This document shows, one piece after another, positions 31,974-42,950 of a stretch of DNA of 64,000 nucleotides. Positions within the stretch are counted from its first letter, which is position 1, and the number at the start of each line of letters is the position of its first letter. The notes under the pieces are model-generated. The model worked only from the letters and a program-made list of their open reading frames with translations. It made no database searches and was not told the DNA's origin. This stretch comes from an uncultured Alphaproteobacteria bacterium (GTDB lineage: Bacteria; Pseudomonadota; Alphaproteobacteria; ATCC43930; CGMCC-115725): assembly GCA_963845735.1 (NCBI GenBank), contig CAWJTR010000001.1, positions 241,919-305,918 on the forward strand. Reading direction: 5' to 3'. The position numbers were made by a program, and so were the translations under genes.

Positions 31974-34211
31974 TCAACCGCGCCGGCCGGCGCGACCGCG
32001 GCGCGCGGCCGTTCTCTCGTCCTCGATCCGAAACAGCAAACGACCGCCGATCGCATCGGCCTCGACAAGCCGCACCGTCGCCGCATCACCCAGCCGGAAG
32101 ATCCGCCCATAGCGCCGGCCGACGAGCCGCGGCACCTTCTCGCTCCGGTCGTAATAATCGCCCGGCAAGGTCGATATCGGCACGAGCCCGGTGGCGCCGC
32201 TCTCGACCAGGGTGACGAACAGCCCAAACTCGGCGACACCACTAATGCGGGCGGAGAAGAGGCCGCCGATCGCGTCGGCGACGAGGATCGTGCGATAGCG
32301 CTCGATTGCGGCGCGCTCGGCCGCAGCGGCACGGCGCTCTGTCATCGAAATATGCTCGCCGACGACCGCCAACCGGTCGTGGTCGATATCGGAGGGCAGC
32401 GCGCCGGCGCCGAAATCGCTTCCGGTCGCGTTGGCGCCGGCGATCAATGCGCGATGGACGAGAAGATCGGCATAGCGGCGGATCGGCGAGGTGAAATGCG
32501 CATAGCGCCGCAGCCCCAGACCGAAATGGCCGATATTGTCCGGGCTGTAGGCAGCCTGCGCCTGGCAACGCAGCACGAGGTCATTGACCAGCGCCGCCAC
32601 CGGGGTCGCCTCCGCCCGGCGCAACAGCCGGTTGAACAACTCGGGCCTTGGCGCCTGGCCCTTGGCAAAGGCGAGGCCGGGAATGCCGAGTTCGTCGAGA
32701 AAGTCGCGCAATGCCGCGACCTTTGCCGGATCGGGCGCATCGTGGATCCGGTACATGCAAGGTTGCCGCCGCGCCTCGAGTTCTTCCGCGGCGGCGACAT
32801 TGGCGAGGATCATGAATTCCTCGATCAGCCGATGGCTGTCGAGCCGCAAGGCCGGAACGACCGCGACCGGACGCCTTTCGGCATCGAGCACGATCCGATC
32901 CTCGCGGATGTCGAGCTCGATGGCGCCACGCGCGGCGCGGGCCCGGGCGAGAGCGTCGAAGGCGCCATAGAGTGCAGCCATCGTCTCGGGCGAGACGGTC
33001 GAGGGCAAATCCCCGCGCCCGTCCCGGGCCGCCTGGATCTCCTCATAGGTGAGGCGTGCGACCGAGCGCATGACTCCGCGCAGGAAGCGGTGGCGGCGCT
33101 TGCGACCGGCAATGTCGATCCGCAGATCAACGGCGAGGCAGGCGCGATCGACGCCGGGCTTCAAGGAGCACAGCTCGTTCGACAGCGCCTCGGGCAACAT
33201 CGGGACGACCCGATCGGGAAAGTACACCGAATTGCCGCGCCGCTCGGCCTCGCGATCCAGCGCGCTGCCGGGACGGACATACCAGGCGACGTCGGCGATG
33301 GCGACGACAAGGTGCCAGCCGCCGGAGTTGGCCGGGTCGGAATCGGGTTCAGCCCACACGGCGTCGTCAAAATCGCGGGCATCGCTGCCGTCGATCGTGA
33401 CCAGCGGCAGGTCCCGCAGGTCGGTGCGCCCGACCGGGCTTACCGGCGGCGCGGCTTCGGCCTCGGCGATGGCGGCATCCGGAAACTCGGTCGGGATGTC
33501 GAACGACGCGATCGCCAAAAGGCTGATCGCACCGGGATCCGAAGGCGCGCCCAGCCGCTCGACGACGCGCGCCCGCGGCAACCCCAATCGGCGGACCGCA
33601 AGTTCCCCGGCGACGACGAGCTCGCCGTCATCGGCTCCGCCAGTATCGCGCTCAGCGACCCGATATTCAGTTTTGTTGCGGCGGTCGGCCGGCACCACCC
33701 GCCCGCCCTCGCGGTCTTTCTGAAAGACGCCGACGATCCGTTCGCCGCTGGAATCGAGCCGGCGCATGACCCGCGCCTCGATCTCGCCGGTTTCGAGCGA
33801 AACCAGCCGCGCCGCCGCGCGGCCACCGACCGGGATCGCCTCACCGCCCTCCTCCGCAAGTCTAACGACCGGCGCCGGATCGGGTCCTGGCCAGGCCACG
33901 GGTCGGGCTAGCGGAACGCCGTCCTCGTCGGTGCCGAACCGTTCGACGACGGTGACCTCTGGGATTGGCGGACCTCCGACCAGGCGCCGGTTGGCGGCAC
34001 GGGTCACCGATCCCGACCGCTCGATCTGGCGCAACATGTCGCGCAGCGCCGGCCGATCGGCGGGAGGGACGCCAAATGCGCGGGCAATCTCGCGTTTGCC
34101 GACTGCCGACGGGCTCTCGCGGATGAACTCGACCACCTCCCGTTCCGACGGCAACACCCCGAGATGACGCTGTTGCCTCGGCTTGGAAGTCGTCGACGGG
34201 GGTCGCGGCAT
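31974..34211 (-). CDS. rnr: Ribonuclease R
   Basis: RNB domain (DFDDAVW, VYFPDRVVPMLP), C-terminal S1 domain and basic tail, 745 aa. Confidence 0.93.
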   Translation of the reverse strand: MPRPPSTTSKPRQQRHLGVLPSEREVVEFIRESPSAVGKREIARAFGVPPADRPALRDMLRQIERSGSVTRAANRRLVGGPPIPEVTVVERFGTDEDGVPLARPVAWPGPDPAPVVRLAEEGGEAIPVGGRAAARLVSLETGEIEARVMRRLDSSGERIVGVFQKDREGGRVVPADRRNKTEYRVAERDTGGADDGELVVAGELAVRRLGLPRARVVERLGAPSDPGAISLLAIASFDIPTEFPDAAIAEAEAAPPVSPVGRTDLRDLPLVTIDGSDARDFDDAVWAEPDSDPANSGGWHLVVAIADVAWYVRPGSALDREAERRGNSVYFPDRVVPMLPEALSNELCSLKPGVDRACLAVDLRIDIAGRKRRHRFLRGVMRSVARLTYEEIQAARDGRGDLPSTVSPETMAALYGAFDALARARAARGAIELDIREDRIVLDAERRPVAVVPALRLDSHRLIEEFMILANVAAAEELEARRQPCMYRIHDAPDPAKVAALRDFLDELGIPGLAFAKGQAPRPELFNRLLRRAEATPVAALVNDLVLRCQAQAAYSPDNIGHFGLGLRRYAHFTSPIRRYADLLVHRALIAGANATGSDFGAGALPSDIDHDRLAVVGEHISMTERRAAAAERAAIERYRTILVADAIGGLFSARISGVAEFGLFVTLVESGATGLVPISTLPGDYYDRSEKVPRLVGRRYGRIFRLGDAATVRLVEADAIGGRLLFRIEDERTAARRGRAGRRG

Positions 34212-36901
34212 CTAGCGCGGCTGCGCACCTGAGCGCGGACGCGGCTTCTTGGCAGCTCTGGGGCTGGCGGCCTCGTTTTTGGCTGCAACCGTTCGCCGTG
34301 AAGCAGCGCCCCGTTGTGATGCGGCGGCTGCCCTTCGTCGCTTTTGGCGGTGGCGGCCTTGGTTGCGGCCGGCTTGCCCGCCTTGCGTTGGCGCGACTTG
34401 CCTTTATCACGTCGCTCTGCAAGCAGTCGTATCGCCTCATCGAGTGCGAAAATCTCCGGATCCGCAGTTTTCGGCAACGTCGCGAAGACGCCGTCATGGC
34501 TGACATAGGGGCCGTAGCGCCCTTGATAGAGCGCCACGACGCCGCCATCGGGATGCGGTCCGAGCTCGCGCAGCGGCTGTGGCGCGTTGCGCCGCCGCTC
34601 CGCCGCCGGCTCGGCCAAGAGGACGACCGCGCGATTGGCTCCGATCGTCAACACGTCGTCATCGGGCGCCAGAGATTTGAAGGTCGTACCATGCTTGATG
34701 TAGGGGCCGAACCGCCCAATCCCGGCGGTGATCACTTGGCCGGTCTCGGGATGGCGCCCGAGCTCGCGCGGCAGCGCCAAAAGACGCAATGCGGTGTCGA
34801 GATCGACATCGGCCGGTTTGAGCGGACGGGGCAGGGCGACCCGCTTGGGCTTCGCATCCCCGTCGCCGGCGCCGAGCTGGATGTAATGACCGAAGGGGCC
34901 TTTCTTCAACGTCACCTCCGACCCGCTCGCAGGGTCGGTCCCGAGTTCGGCATCAGCGGCGTCGGTTTCGGCCCCATCCTCGATTGCGAGCGGGCGGGTA
35001 TAGCGGCAGTTCGGATAGTTCGCGCAGCCGATAAAGGCGCCGAACTTGCCGAGCTTCAGGCTGAGCCTGCCGGCGCCGCAGACCGGGCACAGGCGCGGGT
35101 CGCGTCCCGAGTCGTCGATCGGAAAGAAATGCCGCCCGAGATCGGCGTCGAGTGCGGTCAGAACTTGGCTGATCGTCAATTCCTTGGTGCCGTCGACCGC
35201 GGTCGAAAAATCCCGCCAGAAATTGCGCAGCAGCTCCTTCCAATCGACCCGCCCGCCGGAGACTTCATCGAGCTGGTTTTCCAGATCGGCGGTGAAATTG
35301 TATTCGACATAGCGCTCGAAGAAGTTCGTCAGAAAGGCGGTGACGAGCCGGCCCCGGTCCTCCGGCAGAAAACGCCGCTTTTCGAGCCGGACATAAGCGC
35401 GGTCCTGCAGGACCTGCAGGATCGAGGCATAGGTCGAGGGGCGGCCGATGCCGAGTTCCTCGAGCTTTTTGACCAGGCTCGCCTCGGTGTAACGCGGCGG
35501 CGGTTGAGTGAAGTGTTGGATCGGCACGACCTCGCCGCGAGCAAGGCGCTCGCTCTTGTGCATTTGCGGCAGCCTGGCGCTTTCGCCCTCCTCTTCTGCG
35601 CTGTCGTCGCGATCCTCCTGGTAGAGCGCCAGAAATCCGTCGAACAGCACGACCGAGCCAGTCGCCCGCAGACGCAGCCGCCCGCTCGAATCGGCGATGT
35701 CGACAGTGACCTGTTCGAGCAGCGCCGAAGCCATCTGGCTGGCCAATGTCCGCTTCCAGATCAGTTCGTAGAGCCGGCGCTGGTCGCGGTCGAGGTAAGC
35801 CGCGACATCGGCAGGCCTGCGGCCGAGATCGGTCGGGCGGATCGCCTCGTGCGCCTCCTGCGCATTCTTGGCTTGGCTGCGATAAATCCGCGGCGCGTCG
35901 GGCACGTATTTCGCCCCGAATTCTTTGCCGATCAGCTGGCGAGCGGCGGCGATGGCCTCGCCTGAGATGGCGACGCCATCGGTGCGCATATAGGTGATCA
36001 GCCCGACCGTCTCACCGCCGAGATCGACCCCCTCGTAGAGCCGCTGGGCGATCTGCATCGTGCGGCTGGCCGACAGGCCGAGCTTGCGCGAAGCCTCCTG
36101 TTGCAGGGTCGAGGTTGTAAACGGCGGGAATGGGTTGCGACGGACCTGCCGGCTCTCGATCTCGGCGACCGCAAAACTCGACGCCCGCAAGATCGCATCG
36201 GCGGCGGCGCGCGCCTTTTCCTCGGTGTCGAGATCGAAACGTTCGAGGCGCTTGCCGTCGAGATGGGTCAGGCGCGCAGTGAAGCTCTGTCCAGCCTCGG
36301 TCGTGAAGGTGACCTCGACGGTCCAATACTCGCGCGACTTGAACGCCTCGATCTCGGCTTCGCGTTCGCAGATCAGGCGCAGTGCGACGGATTGGACGCG
36401 GCCGGCCGAGCGGCTGCCCGGCAATTTGCGCCACAGTACCGGCGACAGGGTGAAGCCGACGAGGTAATCGAGCGCGCGGCGCGCCAGATAGGCGTCAACC
36501 AGCTCGCGGTCGATCTCGCGCGGGCGGCGGAACGCCTCGACGACGGCGTTCTTGGTCACCTCGTTGAAGACGACGCGCTTGACGTCGACGTCCTTTAGCG
36601 CCCGGCGCGATTTGAGCACCTCCTGGACGTGCCACGAGATCGCCTCACCCTCACGGTCGGGATCGGTGGCGAGGAACAGGCCGTCGGCGCCCCGCATCGC
36701 CTGAACGATGTTCTTCATATGCTTTTCGGATTTGCCGTCGACCTCCCACGACATGGCGAAATCCGCGTCGGGCAGAACCGAGCCGTCTTTGGCCGGAAGG
36801 TCGCGCACATGGCCGTAACTGGCGACGACCCTGTAGTCGTTGCCGAGATATTTGTTGATGGTCTTCGCCTTTGCCGGCGATTCGACGACGACGACTTTCA
36901 T
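34212..36901 (-). CDS. topA: DNA topoisomerase I. The ORF as given runs to 34004, but the 3' tail looks frame-shifted near ~34300-34330.
   Basis: MKVVVVESPAKAKTINKYLG, TOPRIM and Tyr-domain motifs, C-terminal zinc ribbons. An alternative frame gives ...TVAAKNEAASPRAAKKPRPRSGAQPR and a TAG at 34212-34214 that abuts the rnr ATG. Confidence 0.9.
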
Positions 36902-36963
36902 GAGCCCGTTCGGTGGTGATCGCGCGGCGGTGATCTCACATCGTCAAGTTGTCAGGGCGATAC

Positions 36964-38157
36964 TCAGCGCAGCGAGACGAGATTGCCGGGATGGCGCTCG
37001 ACCCGCCCGGCCAGTTCCAGCTCGAGGAGGAGGGTGGCGACCGCGGAAGCTGTCAATTGGCATTGGCGCACCAGTTCGTCAACCGCGACCGGTGTCGGCC
37101 CCAGGCTTTCGAGGATCATGTTCAGCGCGTCCTCATCGTCGGCCGGCTCTCCCGCGCCGCCCGGGGGCCAGTTCGCCGGCCAGCTTTCTTCGGCCGGCAG
37201 CGGCAGCGGTGTCAGTGGGCGCGGCGGCGGCGCGGCCCGCACCAGCGGCCCGAGTTGCGACAGCACATCCTCGGCCGTCTCGGTCAAGGTAGCGCCTCGG
37301 CGCAACAGATCATTCGCGCCGCGACAGCGCGGGTCGAGCGGCGATCCCGGCACGGCAAAAACCTCGCGGCCCTGCTCGAGCGCATAGCGCGCGGTGATCA
37401 GCGAGCCAGAGCGGGCGGCGGCTTCGACGACCAGGACGCCGAGCGCCATCCCGGAGATGATCCGGTTGCGGCGCGGGAAATGGCGGGCCTGCGGCTCGCT
37501 GCCGAGCGGCAACTCGGCGACGATCGCCCCTTGCCGGCGCAGTGCGTCGTAGAGCCCGCGATTCTCCTCGGGATAGACGATATCGACGCCGCCGGCGACG
37601 ACCGCGACAGTGCCGGTCTCGATCCCGCCCAAATGGGCAGCGGCGTCGATGCCACGGGCAAGGCCGGAGACGACGACGAGTCCGCCCTGGCCGAGGCCGG
37701 CGGCGAGTTCGCGGGCGAGACGCCGGCCGTTAGCAGAGGCATTGCGCGCGCCGACGACCGCTATCATCGGCCGATCCAGCAGCTCGACCCGTCCGAGCAC
37801 GCTCAGGATCGGCGGCGCGTCTTCAATAGCGCTCAGCGCGCTCGGGTAAGCGGGTTCGCCCCAGCAGACGAGCCGCGCGCCGATGCGATGCAGCGCGGTA
37901 AGTTCGGCCTCGATCGCCGCGCGCGTCGGCGCGGTCACCGTCTTGGCGCGCTCACTGCGCCGGGCCAGTCGAGGCAATGCCTCGAGCGCGGCCCGGGCCG
38001 AACCGAAGCGGCGCAGCATTGCGAAGAAACTGATCGGGCCGACCGATTCGGTGCGGCATAGCCGCAGCCAGTCGAGGCGCTCCTCGGGATCGAGCTCGCG
38101 CGAGGCCAAGCCGACCTCAGCTTTTCCTAAAAGAGATCCGGCTTTCCCTGCCGGCAA
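36964..38157 (-). CDS. dprA: DNA-processing protein DprA (Smf)
   Basis: [14 protein letters not shown], Rossmann-like DprA core, C-terminal winged helix. The start may lie downstream of 38157, because it overlaps the plsY end by 41 nt. Confidence 0.88.
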   Translation of the reverse strand: MPAGKAGSLLGKAEVGLASRELDPEERLDWLRLCRTESVGPISFFAMLRRFGSARAALEALPRLARRSERAKTVTAPTRAAIEAELTALHRIGARLVCWGEPAYPSALSAIEDAPPILSVLGRVELLDRPMIAVVGARNASANGRRLARELAAGLGQGGLVVVSGLARGIDAAAHLGGIETGTVAVVAGGVDIVYPEENRGLYDALRRQGAIVAELPLGSEPQARHFPRRNRIISGMALGVLVVEAAARSGSLITARYALEQGREVFAVPGSPLDPRCRGANDLLRRGATLTETAEDVLSQLGPLVRAAPPPRPLTPLPLPAEESWPANWPPGGAGEPADDEDALNMILESLGPTPVAVDELVRQCQLTASAVATLLLELELAGRVERHPGNLVSLR

Positions 38158-38705
38158 TCAGGCGCCGGATATTGGCCTGGTGCCGCAGGATGAGCAGCAG
38201 TGCGATCGCTGCGATCAGGAGGGCCGTCGCCCGATCGGCGAGGAACGGCGCTATCGCTGCGCTGGCGACCGCGGCGATCAGCGCCGCGAGCGAGGAATAG
38301 CGGGAGTAGAAGGCGACAGCGAGCCAGATCAATCGCGGCAACGAGCGCCACCGGCCACGCCAACGCCATCAGCACGCCGAGCGCGGTCGCAACACCTTTA
38401 CCGCCGCGAAAACCAAGCCACACCGGGAACATATGGCCGAGAATCGCACACAGCCCGGCGACCAGCGCCGCCTGTGGCGCCCAGCGCTGAGCAATCGCCG
38501 CCGCCGCCAACCCCTTGCCCACATCGAATAGCAGGGTCAACGCTGCCAGACCCTTGCTGCCGGTGCGCAACACGTTGGTCGCGCCGATATTGCCGGAGCC
38601 CATGCGGCGAAGGTCGCCCTGGCCGGCGAGCCTCGTCAGCACCAAGCCGAAAGGGATCGAGCCCAGCAGGTAACCGAGAATGGCGGGAGCGAGAAAAACG
38701 ATCAT
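38117..38705 (-). pseudogene. plsY: Glycerol-3-phosphate acyltransferase PlsY, one +1 frame break near 38340
   Basis: [28 protein letters not shown] in ORF 38127..38705. C-terminus [17 protein letters not shown]...[16 protein letters not shown] in ORF 38117..38341. Confidence 0.88.
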
Positions 38706-38711
38706 CGGCGC

Positions 38712-40021
38712 TCAGTCCCGGCGCTGGAAGATCGTGCGCCCGTCGACGATCGTGCGCTTCACCCGGCCCTGTACGGAGCGGCCGTCGAACGGGGCGTTTT
38801 TTGATTTCGAGCGGAACTCGTCGGTGCAGATCTGCCAAGTCTGATCCGGGTCGAACAACACCAGATCTGCGGGCGACCCGGGCGTTGAGCCGCCCGACCG
38901 GGAGGCGCAGGATGCGGGCCGCGTTCCAGCTCAGCCGCGCCATCAGTTCGAGCAGGCCGAGATGGCGGTTGTGATAAAGCTCGAGTGACAATGCCAGCAA
39001 GGTTTCGAGCCCGACGGTCCCGTAGGCGGCCGAGCTGAACGGCAGCCGCTTGGAATCCTGGTCCCACGGCGCATGGTCGCTGGCGATCGCGTCAATGGTG
39101 CCGTCGCGCAGCCCCTCGACGATGGCTCGCCGGTCTCCTTCGCTGCGCAACGGGGGCGACAGCTTGGCGAAGGTCCGATACTCGCCGATCGCGGTCTCGT
39201 TCAACACGAAATAGGGGGGCGCCGTATCGCAGGTCACCGGCAGCCCTTGCGCCTTGGCGCGCCGAATCGCCCCGACCCCGGCCGCGGTCGACAGATGGGC
39301 GGCGTGGTAGCGTGCGCCGGTGATCTCGACGAGCCTAAGGTCGCGCTCGATCATGATGATCTCGGCCGCCGGCGTGATTGCCGACAGGCCCAGCCGGGTG
39401 GCGATCTCGCCTTCGTTGACCTCGCCCGCTCCGGCAAGGCTCGGTTCTTCCGGATGTTGTAGCACCAGCAGGTCGAAGCTGCGGGCGTAGGACAATACGC
39501 GGCGCATGACGAGCGCATCGGCAACCGCCTTGACCCCGTCGGTAAAGCCGAGCGCGCCGTTGGCGGCGAGCAAGCCCATTTCGGTCAGCTGACGCCCCCC
39601 CAGCCCCTTGGTCGCCGCGGCGTAGGTGTGGACCTTGGCGAGCTTGACCTCGCGCGCCCGGCGGGCCAGGAACTCGACGACCGAAATATCGTCAACCGGC
39701 GGGTCGGTATTGGGGAGCGCGACCATCGTCGTCACCCCGCCGGCCGCTGCGGCCTGCCCGCCGCTCTCGATCGATTCCATGTGTTCGGCGCCGGGCTCGC
39801 GCAACTGCACACGCATATCGACGAGGCCGGGAGCCAGGCACAGCCCCTCGGCCATTACCGTCTCGAAATCCCCCTCGCAGGCGGAGAGAGTTCCCACCGA
39901 CCGCCCGGATTCGTTCGCCCTCGACGAGCAGGTCGCCGACCGCGTCGAGCCCGCTCGCGGGATCGAGCAGCCGGGCGCCACGAATCAACACTCGGGGAGC
40001 GCCCGCCGTGGCAGCGTTCAC
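38712..40021 (-). pseudogene. Dihydroorotase-like protein (PyrC' type; HxH metal motif replaced), two +1 frame breaks (~39872 in a C5/G5 run, ~38881)
   Basis: N-terminus RVLIRGARLLDPASG... in ORF 39692..40021, core in ORF 38398..39981. C-terminus GSPADLVLFDPDQTW...GRVKRTIVDGRTIFQRRD in a third frame. GLVDMRVQLREPG stands where catalytic DHOases have DxHxH. Confidence 0.8.
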
Positions 40022-40983
40022 GGCAGCGGCGGGCCGTTGCCGAGATCGCGGGTCAGGATCTCGAGGCAGGCCATGCGGACGGCGACCCCCATCTCGACCT
40101 GATGGCGGATCAGGCTGCGATCGATGTCGTCGGCGATCTCGCTGCCGATCTCGACGCCGCGGTTCATCGGCCCCGGATGCATGATCAGCGCGTCGGGCTT
40201 GGCCGCGCGCAATTTGTCGTAGTCGAGCCCGAAGAAATGAAAATATTCACGGGTAGAGGGTACGAACGAGCCGTGCATGCGCTCGCTCTGCAGGCGCAGC
40301 ATCATCACGATGTCGACATCGGCCAGTCCTTTGGCCATGTCGTGAAACACCTCGACGCCGAGCCGCTCGATCTCGGCCGGCAGCAGGGTACGCGGCGCTA
40401 CCACCCGAACCTGCGCCCCCATGATATTCAGCAGCGCGATGTTCGAACGCGCGACACGGCTGTGCAGAACATCGCCGCAGATCGCGACGGTCAGGCTGCC
40501 GAGCCGCCCCTTGCGCCGGCGGATCGTCAGCGCGTCGAGCAACGCCTGGGTCGGGTGCTCGTGGCTGCCGTCGCCGGCATTGACGACGGAGCAGTCGACC
40601 TTTTCCGACAGCAACTGTACCGCCCCCGATTCGGGATGGCGCACCACCAGCACGTCGGGGTGCATCGCGTTCAGGGTCATCGCCGTGTCGATCAAGGTCT
40701 CGCCCTTGACCATCGAACTAACCGCCACCGCCATGTTGATGACGTCGGCGCCGAGCCTTTTGCCGGCGACCTCGAACGAGGTGCGAGTACGGGTCGAATT
40801 CTCGAAAAAGCAGTTGATTATCGTCCGCCCGCGCAACAGCGAGCGCTTTTTTTCGGCCTGTCGGTTCAGTTCGACATAGCCGTCGGCGAGGTCGAGAAAC
40901 TGTTCGATCTCCGCCGGCGACAATCCCTCGATGCCGAGGAGGTGGCGGTGCCGGAACGCGGTGTCGCAAGCGGCTCCCTGCAT
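40018..40983 (-). CDS. pyrB: Aspartate carbamoyltransferase catalytic subunit
   Basis: [35 protein letters not shown]; 321 aa from ATG 40983. Confidence 0.95.
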   Translation of the reverse strand: MQGAACDTAFRHRHLLGIEGLSPAEIEQFLDLADGYVELNRQAEKKRSLLRGRTIINCFFENSTRTRTSFEVAGKRLGADVINMAVAVSSMVKGETLIDTAMTLNAMHPDVLVVRHPESGAVQLLSEKVDCSVVNAGDGSHEHPTQALLDALTIRRRKGRLGSLTVAICGDVLHSRVARSNIALLNIMGAQVRVVAPRTLLPAEIERLGVEVFHDMAKGLADVDIVMMLRLQSERMHGSFVPSTREYFHFFGLDYDKLRAAKPDALIMHPGPMNRGVEIGSEIADDIDRSLIRHQVEMGVAVRMACLEILTRDLGNGPPLP

Positions 40984-41108
40984 GAGCCCGGGACTATAGG
41001 AGACGCGCAGTCGCCCCGCAAGGCTCGGCGAGGCCTTGTGTCCGGCCTGACGACGCGGCCGAGCGAATTGTTCCGGCGCAATTGTTGGATCTGACCCGAA
41101 CGCGCCTT

Positions 41109-41828
41109 TTACGCGGCGTCGTGAAAAATGATGCCGAGGGTGTAGCGCTCGCCGCTGCGGATCCGGCTGACGCCGTGGCGCATGGTCACGCGATAGGCGC
41201 CGTGGGTGCCGTCGACCGGGCGATGATGCACCGGAAAGATCACCACCTCGCCCTGTCGCAATGGCACCACCTCGCCGCGCGACTGGAGCCGCGGCCGCTG
41301 CTCGACCAATAGAAACTCGCCACCGGTAAAATCCGCGGACGGATCGCTGAGCAGCACCGTCAGCTGCAATGGGAAGACCAGGGGGCCATAAAGATCCTGG
41401 TGCAGGCAGTTGTAGTCGCCGACGCCATATTTGAGGATCAGCGGCGTCGGCCGTTCCTGGCCCGCGTGGTGGCACTCGGCGAGATAATCATCGAGCGCCG
41501 CTGGAAACTTTCCCTTTTCGCACAGCCGCTGATGCCAGCGATTGGCGATCGGCGCCAGGCGCGGGTAGATCGTACGGCGCAGCGCCGCGACCAACCCCGG
41601 CAGCGGGTAGCGAAAATATTTGTATTCGCCGCGCCCATAGGCGTGATGCTGCATGACGATCCGCCGGCGAAAGCTATCGTCGTCGCAATAAAGCCCGGCG
41701 AGTTCACGGCATTCCTCGGTGGTCAGCAGCGCCGGGACGGTGGCATAGCCGCGCTCGTCGAGCGCTGCCGCCACCGCCGGCCAATCGACTGCGGCGACGC
41801 GGTCGGCCGCCGCGTCAGGCGGCTTCAT
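41109..41828 (-). CDS. 2OG-Fe(II) oxygenase (prolyl-hydroxylase-like, COG3826-type), coupled to ada
   Basis: HxD LHQD and distal His in FPVHHRP. The start overlaps the ada stop by 14 nt. Confidence 0.7.
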   Translation of the reverse strand: MKPPDAAADRVAAVDWPAVAAALDERGYATVPALLTTEECRELAGLYCDDDSFRRRIVMQHHAYGRGEYKYFRYPLPGLVAALRRTIYPRLAPIANRWHQRLCEKGKFPAALDDYLAECHHAGQERPTPLILKYGVGDYNCLHQDLYGPLVFPLQLTVLLSDPSADFTGGEFLLVEQRPRLQSRGEVVPLRQGEVVIFPVHHRPVDGTHGAYRVTMRHGVSRIRSGERYTLGIIFHDAA

Positions 41829-42876
41829 CGGCCGCCGCTTGCCGCTCGCGTTCGATCAATGCGCGCTTGCGCTCCAACCCCCAGCGATACCCGGCGAGAT
41901 CGCCGTCCTCGCGGATTACCCGATGGCATGGCACCAGCAACGCCAGGTTATTAGCGGCACAGGCCTGCGCCACCGCGCGGACAGCCCTCGGCTGGCCCAA
42001 TGCGCGCGCGATCTCGGAATAGGTCGCGGTCCGGCCGAGCGGGATCTTTTGCAGGGCCCGCCATACCCGCGTCTGGAACGCCGTGCCGCGGATGTCGAGC
42101 GGCAGGTCGAGCGTGTGTCCGGGCGCGGTGATGAAGCGCACGACCTGGTTGGCCCATTCGGTGAGGCTGGCATCGTCGGCGACGACCGACGCCGCCGGGA
42201 AGCGTTCCCGCACCATTGCAGCGAGACGCTCGCGGTCATCGCCAAGCGCCGTCATGCACACCCCACGGGCGGTCGCGGCGACCAGCGCCCAGCCGAGCGG
42301 CGTCGGTACCGTCACAAAGCGGATCGTCTCGCCGCCGCCGGAGCGACGCCGCGCCCCGGGGGTCATCCCCAGCGCCGACGGCGCCGCCTCATAGGCGCGC
42401 GAGCTCGAGCCGAACCCCGAGGCGTAGATCGCCTCGGCCACCTTCTCCCCGGCATCGAGCCTTTGAGCAAGACGGGAAAGCCGGTGGGTGCGGGCGTAGT
42501 CGCGCGGGGTGGCGCCGGTGATCTGCTTGAACACCCGGTGAAAGTGAAAGCGGCTGATCGCGGCGGCGTCGGCGAGTTCGGCCAAGCTCGGCATCGTCTC
42601 GCTGGTCCGCAGCAGCGCGCAAGCCTTCTCGATCGCCGCGATGTGGCGCGAGGCGGTCGAGGCGTCGGTCGGGCGGCAGCGCTTGCACGCCCGGAACCCA
42701 GCCGCCTCCGCCGCAGCGACCGTCTCGAAGAACACAGCGTTGGCGCGCAATGGTCGTCGCGACGCACAACCCGGCCGGCAATAGACGCCGGTCGTCCTGA
42801 CCCCATAAAAAAAACTGCCGTCGGCGCCGGCGTCGCGGCCTTCCACCGCCGCCCAGCACTTGTCGAAATCGAGCAT
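41815..42876 (-). CDS. ada: Bifunctional Ada: AraC-type regulator plus methylated-DNA--protein-cysteine methyltransferase
   Basis: N-terminal Cys4 motif (YCRPGCASR...CKRCRP), AraC HTH, C-terminal PCHRV active site. Confidence 0.9.
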   Translation of the reverse strand: MLDFDKCWAAVEGRDAGADGSFFYGVRTTGVYCRPGCASRRPLRANAVFFETVAAAEAAGFRACKRCRPTDASTASRHIAAIEKACALLRTSETMPSLAELADAAAISRFHFHRVFKQITGATPRDYARTHRLSRLAQRLDAGEKVAEAIYASGFGSSSRAYEAAPSALGMTPGARRRSGGGETIRFVTVPTPLGWALVAATARGVCMTALGDDRERLAAMVRERFPAASVVADDASLTEWANQVVRFITAPGHTLDLPLDIRGTAFQTRVWRALQKIPLGRTATYSEIARALGQPRAVRAVAQACAANNLALLVPCHRVIREDGDLAGYRWGLERKRALIERERQAAADEAA

Positions 42877-42950
42877 CGTCGTCTCCTGCGCATCATCGAT
42901 ATGCGAAAGATGGCGCGGAGCTGCTTTGGGCTCTATCCGGCGATTGCTTT

